Shown one piece after another: positions 29,601 to 41,600 of a stretch of DNA of 64,000 nucleotides. The stretch covers positions 372,001 to 436,000 of the forward strand of contig NW_027253183.1 of NCBI RefSeq assembly GCF_044704955.1, given 5' to 3'. The stretch is from Pristiophorus japonicus (Eukaryota). The position numbers and the translations under genes are program-made. Under the pieces are notes generated by a model, which was not told where the DNA came from, made no database searches, and saw only the letters and a list, made by a program, of their open reading frames with translations. Within the stretch, counting starts at the first letter, position 1. Each line of letters begins with the position of its first letter.

Positions 29601-32600
29601 CTTCTAAGGGACCAGCATTTACTTTTGTCACTCTTTTCCATTTTATATATCTGTAAAAGCTTTTACTATCCGTTTTTATGTTTTGCGCAAGTTTACCTTC
29701 GTAATCTATCTTTCCTTTCTTTATTGCTTTCTTAGTCATTCTTTGCTGTCGTTTAAAATTTTCCCAATCTTCTAGTTTCCCACTAACCTTGGCCACCTTA
29801 TACGCATTGGTTTTTAATTTGATACTCTCCTTTATTTCCTTGGTTATCCACGGCTGGTTATCCCTTCTCTTACCGCCCTTCTTTTTCACTGGAATATATT
29901 TTTGTTGAGCACTATGAAAGAGCTCCTTAAAAGTCCTCCACTGTTCCTCAATTGTGCCACCATTTAGTCTGTGTTTCCAGTCTACTTTAGCCAACTCTGC
30001 CCTCATCCCACTGTAGTCCCCTTTGTTTAAGCATAGTACGCTCGTTTGAGACACTACTTCCTCACCCTCAATCTGTATTATAAATTCAATCATACTGTGA
30101 TCACTCGTTCCGCGAGGATCTTTTATGAGGAGATCATTTATTATTCCTGTCTCATTACACAGGACCAGATCTAAGATAGCTTGCTCCCTTGTAGGTTCTG
30201 TATCATACTGTTCTCAGAAACAATCCCATATGCATTCTATGAATTCCTCCTCCAGGCTACCCCGTGCGATTTGATTTGACCAATCGATCAGTAGGTTAAA
30301 ATCCCCCATGATTACTGCTATTCCTTTTTCACATGCCTCCATTATTCCCTTGATTATTGCCCGCCCCACCATGAAGTTATTATTTGGGGGCCTATAAGTG
30401 ACTTTTTCCCCTTACTATCTCTAATCTCCACCCACAATGATTCAACATTTTGTTCATTAGAGCCAATATCGTCTCTCACAACTGCCCTGATATCATCCTT
30501 TATTAACAGAGCTACCCCACCTCCTTTCCCTTCTTGTCTATCTTTCCGAATCGTCAGATACCCCTGGATGTTTAATTCCCAGTCTTGGTCTTGCAACCAC
30601 ATTTCTGTATTGGCCACCAAATCATACCCATTTGTAATGCTTTGTGCCGTCAACTCATTTACTTTATTTCGAATGCTGCGTGCTTTTAGGTAGACTGTTT
30701 TAAGACTAGTTTTTAAACCATGATTTTTAGTTTTGACCCTTCCTCCAGCCCCTTTATATTCAGTGGCCCTTTTTGTTTTTTGCCTTGGATTTCTCTGCCC
30801 TCCACTTTTACTCATCTCCTTTCTGTCTTTTGCTTTTGTCTCCTTTTTGTTTCCCTCTGTCTCCCTGCATTGGTTCCCATCCCCCGCCATATTAGTTTAA
30901 CTCCTCCCCAACAGCACGAGCAAACACCCCCCCCAGGACATTGGTTCCGGTCCTGCCTAGGTGCAGACCGCCTGTTTTGTACTGGTCCCACCTCCCCCAG
31001 AACCTGTTCCAATGTCCCTAACTTCTTATGTTCTTATCCACAGCTCTCGCCCACTCTGCTGCTATAACTCTGCCTGGAGTGCATGGGAGGGCTGCAAATT
31101 ATTCCTGGACCCGGATATGCCTGGTCCCAGCCTTCCATTGGCCTTTTGGAGGCACCAGGGATAGACACTAAGAGAAAGAACCTGCACTTCTATAGCGCCT
31201 TTCAGTCTCGGGATGTCCCAAAGCACTTTACATAAGCCAATGAAGTACATGTGAAGTGTAGTCTCTGTTGTAATTTAGGAAACACACAAGGTCCCACAAA
31301 CAGCGATTAAATAAATAGCCAGATCATGTGTTTTAGGTATAAATGTTGGCCTGGACACTTAGAGAACTCCCCTGCTAATCTTCGAATAATGCCGTGAGAT
31401 CTTTTACATCCAACTGAGATGCCAATCTTGGTTTGACATCTCATTTCAATAACAGCACCTCCAACAGTGCAGCACACCCTCCATACTGCACTGGAGTGTC
31501 TAGATATGTGCTGGGATCTCTGGAGTGGGACTTGAACCCACGACATTGTGACTGCGAGAAAGAAAGATTTGAATTTCTACAGTGCTTTACAGCCAATGAA
31601 GTACTTGTTCAAATGTAGACACTGTTGTAATGTAGGAAACACAGCAGCTACTTTGCACACAGCAAGCTCCCATAAACAGCAATGTGATAATGGCCAGGGC
31701 ACTGGGGATAACTTCCCTGCTCTTCTTCAAAATAGTGCCGTGGGATCTTTTACATCCACTTGAGAGAGCAGACGGGGCCTCGGTTTAATAACTCATTCAA
31801 AAGCTGGCACCTCGGACAGTGCAGCGCCCCCTCAGCACTGCACTGGGAGTGTCAGCCTACTGCACTCCATACTGCACTGGAATGTCTAGATATGTGCTGA
31901 AGTCTCTGGAGTGGGACATGAACCCATAACCTTCTAACTCCAAATGTTATAAATTGTTAAACTTTGAACGCTGGAGAAATATATTTCTTTGTGTCAGACT
32001 CCATATATTTCCCACGTACAGATCCATTGGCTGATCCGGTCCTTGTTCAGCATCCAACAGTCAGCAAGGTCCCAGAGGGTGAAACCGTGCAGTTACAATG
32101 TGCCATGTACAATGCCAGTGTGAGTGACGCTGATGTCCACTGGCACTGCCAGCGACCCGGGAACAACAGCGAGTGGGTGATGAGCCAGTTTGTGAATGGC
32201 ACCATTACCAAGTCCTGGGGTTTCCACGACCGTTTTCTGCCTTCCAGGAACATCATCAGTAACAGTTACATTCTGACCATCGTGAATGTGTCCCTCAGTG
32301 ATACTGCTGCCTACAGCTGCAGTGTGTGGAGCTACATCTATGGAGCAGGGACCCAGCTCAATGTAACCGGTAAGTCAATGTTAGCTCACACTGGCAGGGT
32401 CACAGTAACAGCTCCTTACTGGGAACATGTGTAACCTTCACACAGTGGGGTGGACCAGTGGAAATATACCGTCAGACACAGTGGTTACTGTCGTGCTGTG
32501 GAACAGAGAGTGGGAATGTTGTTAGTGATGTGCAAAATGCCAGAGTTGAATAGTGGCGATGTAAGAATGGATCAAAACTCTGGAACAACAACAGAACACA

Positions 32601-35600
32601 CGGAATGTCTCGGCCAGTCTGTTTTTTGTGGAGAAAACGGAGGAGTTGACATTTTGGGTGTGGGCCACTCAGAACAAAAGAGAAGGGAGAGGGGAAAACA
32701 GACATGGGAAAAGAAATGGGCACACTTATTTGTACTGCAAAAATGGCCGCCATGCTCCACCCTTTGTCAATGATTGGTCCTTGTGGAGGATAAGCCACAC
32801 CCTGAAGTTTCACTGGAATGTGTAACTGGAACTGCCCATCCCAAGGTCTCACTGACTTTGCAAATTGTAATTCGATCCACTTTGACTTCCTGAAGCGACA
32901 GAGTACAGAGCTCCCCAGAAGACAGCAAGGGCCTTACCCCAGTCCAGGTACATCCCTCCCCCAGCCAAAGTACCTTACCCCAGTCCAAGTATATCCCTCC
33001 CCCAGTCAAAGTACCTTACCCCAGACCAAGTATATCCCTCCCCCAGTCAAAGTACCTTACCCCAGACCAAGTATATCCCTCCCCCAGCCAAAGTACCTTA
33101 CCCCAGTCCAGGTATATCCCTCCCCCAGCCAAAGTACCTTACCCCAGTCCAAGTATATCCCTCCCCCAGCCAAAGTACCTTACCCCAGTCCAAGTGCATA
33201 GCTAGAGGATTTGAGTATAGGAGCAGGGAGGTCTTACTGCAGTTGTACAGGGCCTTGGTGAGGCATCACCTGGAATATTGTGTTCAGTTTTGGTCTCCTA
33301 ATCTGAGGAAGGACATTCTTGCTATTGAGGGAGTGCAGCGAAGGTTCACCAGACTGATTCCAGGGATGGCTGGACTGACATATGAGGAGAGACTGGATCA
33401 ACTGGACCTTAATTCACTGGAGTTTAGAAGGATGAGAGGGGATCTCATAGAGACGTATAAGATTCTGACGGGACTGGACAGGTTAGATGTGGGAAGAATG
33501 TTCTCGAGGTTGGGGAAGTCCAGAACCAGGGGACATAATCTTAGGATAAGGGGTAGGCCATTTAGGACTGAGATGAGGAGAAACTTCTTCACTCAGAGAG
33601 TAGTTAACCTGTGGAATTCCCTGCCAAAGAGAGTTGTTGATGCCAGTTCATTGGATATATTCAAGAGGGAGTTAGATATGGCCTTTACGGCTAAAGAGAT
33701 CAAGGGGTATGGAGAGAAAGCAGGAAAAGGTTACTGAGGGAACTTAACGGTTGTGCTTATATTAAACCTGGTTTTAATGTTATACCGACGGGGAGCTGCC
33801 TGTCTCGGTTGTGCTTATATTAAACCTGGTTTTAATGTTATACCGAGGGAGAGCTGCCTGTCTCGGTTGTGCTTATATTAAACCTGGTTTTAATGTTATA
33901 CCGAGAGAGAGCTGTCTGTCTCGGTTGTGCTTATATTAAACCTGGTTTTAATGTTATACCGAGGGGGAGCTGTCTGTCTCGGTTGTGCTTATATTAAACC
34001 TGGTTTTAATGTTATACCGAGGGAGAGTTGCCTGTCTCGGTTGTGCTTATATTAAACCTGGTTTTAATGTTATACCGAGGGGGAGCTGTCTGTCTCGGTT
34101 GTGCTTATATTAAACCTGGTTTTAATGTTATACCGAGGGGGAGTTGCCTGTCTCGGTTGTGCTTATATTAAACCTGGTTTTAATGTTATACCGAGGGGGA
34201 GTTGCCTGTCTCGGTTGTACTTATATTAAACCTGGTTTTAATGTTATACCGAGGGGGAGCTGCCTGTCTCGGTTGTGCTTATATTAAACCTGGTTTTCTG
34301 AAGGACAGGAATCCGAGTCTTTACTCGATTCACCTTACTGCTATTGAACTATACGTCACCTTTTGATATTTTACAGAGTTATCTGAAAAGTGGTCTCTGA
34401 ATATCATCATCAGCATTGCAGTCTGTGCCCTGGTATTAGCCGCCTTACTCTGCATCTTCATAGCCGCAGTATTCTACGTGAAAAAATGGGCATGTTTTCA
34501 AAGCAGATTAAAAGCAGAAGGGTAAATACAGTTTCATTTCCTGTCTCATTTCAGTCTGATATTGATTGGTGCAGGGGATGGAAGCAGCCCAAGAATGGGG
34601 GCAGACTAGCTGGGGACTGAGGGTTTTCTCTTGCTGTACAGGTCAATAAATACAAACATAAACAGCATTAAATCACCCAGTTATAAAATACACTGCAACT
34701 TCTCAGGTGATTAAAGGAGTTTTGTGTTTTACACCCTCTCTTTCAGTGTTTCTCTCCTTCTCCTTCTGCCTCTCTCTGTCCATCTGTATCGCCCGCTCTC
34801 TCTCTCTCTCGCTGCCACACACTCTCATTGTCCCACCTGTTTTCTCCATGTGACTGTATCTCAACCTTTGCCTCCCTTTCTCTTATTGTCCTTCTGTATC
34901 TCTGTCCCGTGCTCTCGTTGTTGTGTTTTCTCTCTCTGCCCTTCCCTCCTTCTGCACCTTTGAAATTTTACGGCTGGAATTTTCCAGGGTGGGAGCGCTG
35001 CTTCAGGCTGTGCGCTCAGCCGGGGGTCCATGTGCTCACGGCCTTGTGTCTTCCATATAACTGCCAATGTAAAGCGTCTATCTGTCTGTAACTCATCTAC
35101 TCCTTTTATCACTTTGAACATCTCGATCAAATCCTCCCTCAATCTTCCTGTTTGAAGAAAATTCCATCCCAGTCGCTCTAGCCTATCCTTGTAACACAGA
35201 CCCCCTCATCCCTGGTAACTCTGGGAATATCTGGTGCCATACTTCCCAGTCAGTGGGTCATAACGGAAAGGCACCTGGGCCAGGAAATAGTGCGGGGAAT
35301 CCTGTTAGACCGCTCTAATGCACGTGTGGAAAATGTGCAGGAGCCCATTTTACATCTTGTAATCTGTGGAAATGAATGCTAATGGTGGCTAGCAGCATTC
35401 CCCAGTTTTCCCAGGAGCAATGTCCATTGTGCTCTGCTCACCCACATAAAGTGAGCCAGTGCTTTCAGCAGGTCGGTACGCAAAGGGCTTCTGGCTTTTC
35501 CACAGCAGCGTTTTTGATGATGGACGTGGGATTTGAGAGCTGCGGCTGGTGATTGTATTTTTTAAAGTGCAGTTTTGTTTTATTAGTTGTGATGCACTGC

Positions 35601-38600
35601 ATTGGAATTATTCCACATCACAGGATTCGCCAAAGTCCAAGGCATTGTTGTTGGTATCCGTGCCCACTTTGGACCCAACACATTACACCACGGTCTCCCT
35701 GAACTCCAGGGGTTTCTAACCCCCTCAATGTGCAGTTCAGTGACCAGCTCATCATGCGGTGAATGTTCTGATCCCTCCATTTTAAGACCATCCACTGTGC
35801 CTAAACTCTTTCAAGGAGAAGGCAGACTGGGATCATGGCTCCTGAGAGACAAAGGCTATCCTCTGAGCTCTGGTTCCTGACATCATTGTGACAAGCGGGA
35901 TCAAAGACACAACATGATGCACGCAGTCACCGGGATCATTCATCTCCAAGATGCACCAATGCTTTTCTAGTCCTGACCCCATCTACAAAATACACTGGCC
36001 CAATACACCCTTACCAACATAGACCTCTGCACTAACTCAACTACCACAGCGGCCCAGCCTATTGCCTGCTAATACCTAATTCTGCACTGTCAGATGGAAA
36101 CTGTCTGCATCACAGGTTGGGCCTCTACTCATTGGCATTCAGAAGAATGAGAGGTGATCGTTTCGATACGTATAAGATTCTGAGATCCGCGACCGTCTCA
36201 TCAGAGTTCCATCCCACTTCCCGGTTCCTTTGGACGTCCCCATGACCACATCCATTTTCCCTTCCATTCCAAAGCCCCAAAACTGAAATGAGAGACAACA
36301 GCAAAGATTAAAAATTCCAATCCAAATTTATATCAGAACAACATAATATATTTACTAATCACCCTTGTGCATTTCCTTCTATCCCCTTTTTGCTTTAACT
36401 AGTCTAGCGTTCCTCCGCTGAGGCACGGCTGGTGGAAGACTGCTGCGTGTCAGGGCCAGATACTACAGAAGGCCTTGCAGGACACCCTCGACCAGCTCTG
36501 GGCCTGGAAGGCTTGGCTGTAGACTCCACCACCTCAGGCTGGGCAGCAGCAGTCTGGGCTGGCTGGATGACGGCCAGCGACAAGTGCAATGGCGGAGTGG
36601 CAGTGGTGGGATCAGGATAGCTGTCATACTGAGAAAGGACAGCAGGTTCCTGCTCCACTGACCCAGTGCCACTCCCCCAGGGCAGCACCTCAACATCCCC
36701 AACAATTTGCTGGAGCACAGTTTGGTGGGCTGCTGCGAACTTGGATAGGTTAGGTAAGTGGGCAAATGCATGGCAGATGAAGTATAATGTGGATAAATGT
36801 GAGGTTATCCACTTTGGTGGTAAAAACAGAGAGACAAACTATTATCTGAATGGTGACAGATTAGGAAAAGGGGAGGTGCAACGAGACCTGGGTGTCGTGG
36901 GACATCGGTCACTGGGGGTTGGCATGCAGGTACGGCAGGCGGTTGGGAGGGCGGGTGGCGTGTTGGCCTTCATGGCGGGGGGATTTGAGTGCAGGGGTGG
37001 GGAGGTGTTGCTGCGGTTGTGCAGGGCCCTGGTGAGGCTGTGCCTGGAGTGTTGTGTGCAGTTTTGGTCTCCTGACTTGAGGGGGGACACTCTTGCTGTT
37101 GAGAGGGTACAGCGAGGGTTCACCGGATTGATTCCCGGGATGGTGGGACTGACGTGTCTGGGTGAGGGGGGGGGGAGCTGGATCGACTGGGCTTGTATTC
37201 GCTGGAGTTCGGAGGAGTGAGAGGGGATCTCATGGAAATGTTTAGGGTTCTGGCGGGTTTGGACAGGTTGGATGCGGGAGGGATGTTCCTGGTGTTAGGG
37301 GGGTCCGGGACCGGGGGTCTCGGTCTAGGGATGGGGGTGGGCCATTTGGGGCCGAGATGGGGGGGAAACTTCTTCGCCCGGGGGGTGGTGGACCTGTGGA
37401 ATTCTCTACCACGGAAAGTTGTTGAGGCCAATTCACTAAATGCGTTCGGGAAGGAGTTAGATGTGGTCCTCGCTACTGGGAGGATTGGGGGGTGTGGCGG
37501 GGGAGCGGGAGTGGGGTGCTGGAGTTGCATGTTCGGCCATGAACTCGTTGAATGGTGGTGCAGGCTCGAAGGGCCGAATGGCCTACTCCTGCACCTATTT
37601 TCTATGTTTCTATGTTTCAATGGTAGCTGTGGATGTACTGGATGACATGATTATACACCATATCCACTTGGAATATGCATCCACCACAACTAAAAACATC
37701 TTTCCCAGGAAGAGACCTGCAAAGTCAATGTGGATCCTGGACCATGGTTTAGATGGCCACAACCACAGACTCAGCGGCGATTTCGCTGATGCTTTAATTA
37801 GCTGCATACAAGTGTTGCACTGATGCACACATGATTCCAGATCAGAGTCAATTCCAGGTCATCATACATGAGACCTGGCAATGGCTTTCATCATGACAAT
37901 ACCAGGATGAGTGCTATGTAGATCATGTACAAATTTCTCTCTGCCTTTCTTAGGCATAGTCTAAGAATAAGGGGTAAGCCACAGTCTAAGGATAAGGGGT
38001 AAGCCATTTAGGACCGAGATGAGGAGAAGTTTCTTCACTCAGAGAGTGGTGAACCTGTGGAATTCTCTACCACAGAAAGTTGTTGAGGCCAATTCACTAA
38101 ATATATTCAAAAAGGAGTTAGATGTAGTCCTTACTACTAGGGGGATCAAGGGGTATGGCGAGAAAGCAGGAATGGGGTACTGAAGTTGCATGTTCAGCCA
38201 TGAACTCATTGAATGGTGGTGCAGGCTCGAAGGGCCGAATGGCCTACTCTTGCACCTATTTTCTATGTTTCTATGTTTTTCTATGACAAGGTGGATGCAG
38301 AGAGGATGTTTCCACTGATACGGGAGACGAGAACTAGGAGGCATAATCTTAGTATAAGGGACCGCCCATTTAAAACTGAGATGAGGAGGAATTTCTTCCC
38401 TCAGAGGGTTGTAAATCTGTGGACTTCGCTGCCTCAGAGAGCTGTGGAAGCTGGGGCATTGAATATATTTAAGACAGAGATAGACAGTTTCTTAACTGAT
38501 AAGGGCATAAGGGGTGATGGGGAACGGGCAGGGAAGTGGACCTGAGTCCATGATCGGATCAGCCATGATCATATTAAATGGCGGAGCAGGCTCGAGGGGT

Positions 38601-41600
38601 TGTATGGCCTACTCCTGCTCCTATTTCTTATGTTCTTATGTTCATTGTTTTCGGTCCCTGCCACAAACTCCGTTCCCTAGCCACTGACTCCATCCCTCTC
38701 TCCAACTTCTGCCTGAGGTTGAACCAGACTGTTCGCAATCTTGGTGTCATATTTGACCCTGAAATGAGCTTTCGATCACATAGCCACAGCATAACTACAA
38801 CCGCCTATTTCCACCTCCGTAACATCACCCATCTCCGCCCTTGCCTCAGCTCATCCGCTGCTGAAACCCTCATCCATGCCTTTGTTACCTCTAGATTTGA
38901 CTATTCCAAAGCACTCTTGGCTGACCTCCCATATTATACCCTACGTAAACTAGAGGTAATCCAAAACTCGGCAGCCCGTGTCCGAACTCGCACCAAGTCC
39001 TGCTCACTCATCACCCCTGTGCTCGCTGACCTTCTGTTGCCTGGGCCCCAAGCTCTGGAACACCCTGCCTAGACCTCTCCGCCTCTCTACCTCTCCTTCC
39101 TCCTTCAAGACGCTCCTTAAAACCTAACTCTTTGAACAAGCTTTTGGTCACCTGCACCAATTTCTACTTATGTGGCTCAGTGTCAAATTCTTTATCTCAA
39201 ATAATACTCCTGTGAAGCACCTTGGGAAATTCACTACGTTAAAGGCACTATATAATACAAGTTGTTGTTGTTATGTATAGGAGACAAACATAACCCACTT
39301 CAATCAGGAGTCGATCGAACATCAACCAAACGGTCATGACTTGTGCAGAATTTCATTTTAAGAGAGAGACGTTCTTTGAAGCTTCTGTGCTCTTTCCTGC
39401 TCACAGCAGTGCCAGTGTGAAGTTGTACAGAAACATTCACTGATATTTATGCTCACAGCAGTGCCAGTGTGAAGTTGTACAGAGACATTCACTGATATTT
39501 ATGCTCACAGCAGTCCCAGTGTGAAGTTGTTGTACAGAAACATTCACTGATATTTATGCTCACAGCAGTGCCAGTGTGAAGTTGTACAGAGACATTCACT
39601 GATATTTATGCTCACAGCAGTGCCAGTGTGAAGTTGTACAGAGACATTCACTGATATTTATGCTCACAGCAGTGCCAGTGTGAAGTTGTACAGAGACATT
39701 CACTGATATTTATGCTCACAGCAGTGCCAGTGTGAAGTTGTACAGAAACATTCACTGATATTTATGCTCACAGCAGTGCCAGTGTGAAGTTGTACAGAAA
39801 CATTCACTGATATTTATGCTCACAGCAGTGCCAGTATGAAATTGTACAGAAACATTCACTGATATTTATGCTCACAGCAGTGCCAGTGTGAAGTTGTACA
39901 GAAACATTCACTGATATTTATGCTCACAGCAGTGCCAGTGTGAAGTTGTTGTACAGAAACATTCACTGATATTTATGCTCACAGCAGTGCCAGTGTGAAG
40001 TTGTTGTACAGAAACATTCACTGATATTTATGCTCACAGCAGTGCCAGTGTGAAGTTGTTGTACAGAAACATTCACTGATATTTATGCTGTAAATGAATC
40101 ATTGACTTTCTGTTTCTGCACCATCTCCCTAGGCCCCCCGCTGGAGAGCTTAACCCGGTGTATGCAACAGTCAGTGGTAAGAAACCCAATTCATTACTCA
40201 TTCCGTTGATTAGTCCGAATAATGTTTATTGTTTTGTGATGTTTCTAAAAATCAATCGGATGAATCTTGTACTTATTGTTATCTCTGAAAAATGGAACAC
40301 TTTCCCATTTCAAGCACTCAATAGCTGCATCAAGCTGGTGAAGATATAGGAGAGTCAGCTGTGGAGTAAAGCTCCCTCTGTCGGGCATCACTAATGTGCC
40401 TCACCCTCAGACTTGGAACAGAGCTCACCACTGGAACAATTTCTACTTCAATTCTTGCCACCTCTCTCAGCAATGTTGATGTTTAGTGTCCAGTGAGGGA
40501 CGTGTTGTACTGAGATTTATACCACACAAACCGGACTCGTGATGTAGTACACGTGGGGAGCGACGCAGTGTGTGTGGGGAGTGTGTGTGTGTGGGGGGTG
40601 ACACAGTGTGTATGGGGAGCGACACAGTGTGTGTGGGTGTGTGTGTGTGTGTGGGGGGAGGGGGGGAGTGTATGTTTGGGGAGTGTGCACGCGAGTGGGG
40701 AGTGTGTGTGTGTGGAGAGTGTGTGTGTGTGTGTATGGGGTGTGTGTGTGTGCGGGGAGTGTGTGTGTGTGCGGGGAGTGTGTGTGTGTGCGTGGGGGGG
40801 GAATGTATGTTTGGGGAGTGTGCACGCGCGTGGGGAGTGTGTGTGTGTGGGGAGTGTGTGTATGTGTATGGGGTGTATGTGTGTGGGGATTGTGTGTGTG
40901 TGTGTGTGGGGAGTGACGCAGTGTGAGTGTGTGTGGGGAGTGACGCAGTGTGTGTGTGTATGTGGGGAGTGACGCAGTGTATGTGGGGAGTGCTGCAGTG
41001 TAGGATAGGCAAGCAGAGTTATGGATGAGCTAAAGTTTATGTTCGGCGGAGGATGTGAGGCCAACCAGGAAAGCACTGCAATAGTCGAGTCTTGAAGTGA
41101 TAAAGTCAGGGTGAGAGTGTCTGCAGCAGGTGGCCAGAGATGGCCGATGGTTTTTTAATCGTTCACAAAGAGCATTTATTGCCCTTGGGAAGGTGCAGCC
41201 CGTGAGGTGATGCTACTCCTACAGTGAGTATATTTCTTGGTCGCAGTTTGTTACAACTGTGTGTCTTGCTCGGTCATGTCAGAGGGCAGTTAGAACTCAA
41301 CCACATTGCTGTGGTCTGGAGTCACATATTGGCCAGATTTCATTCCCTAAAGGACATTGGGGAACCAGAATCTGGTAGTTTCATGGTCACCATTACTGAT
41401 ACTAGATTTTTATTCCAGATTTATTTAATTAGAACCATAGAATAGAATCCTGGAATGGTTACAGCACAGAGGGAGGCCATTCGGCCCGTCGAGCCCGTGC
41501 TGACTCTCTGTAAGAGCACTTCAGTGAGTCCCTCTCTCCCGCCCTCTCCCCGTAGCCCTGTAAACCTGTTCCCTTCGGGTACTGACCTATTCCCTTCTGA

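Noticed and set aside
6074-32369. Reading the three V exons as a conventional IgL or TCR V-segment array
   Set aside because: No separate leader exon was found for each V, no RSS or C exon was seen, and the short linker-like N-termini splice in frame V1>V2>V3>TM.
32441-32520. CACAGTG heptamers after V3 (32441, 32477), and one near 25503 after V2, as possible RSS
   Set aside because: No ACAAAAACC-like nonamer at 12 or 23 bp, not flush with a coding end, and the domains already contain a J-like strand and a splice donor.
34390-34620. ORF-track peptide overlapping the TM exon
   Set aside because: Wrong frame; the frame set by splicing from V3 encodes the TM helix.
33748-40089. Regular repeat arrays as CRISPR-like
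   Set aside because: No unique spacers, and the context is eukaryotic; these are simple minisatellites.
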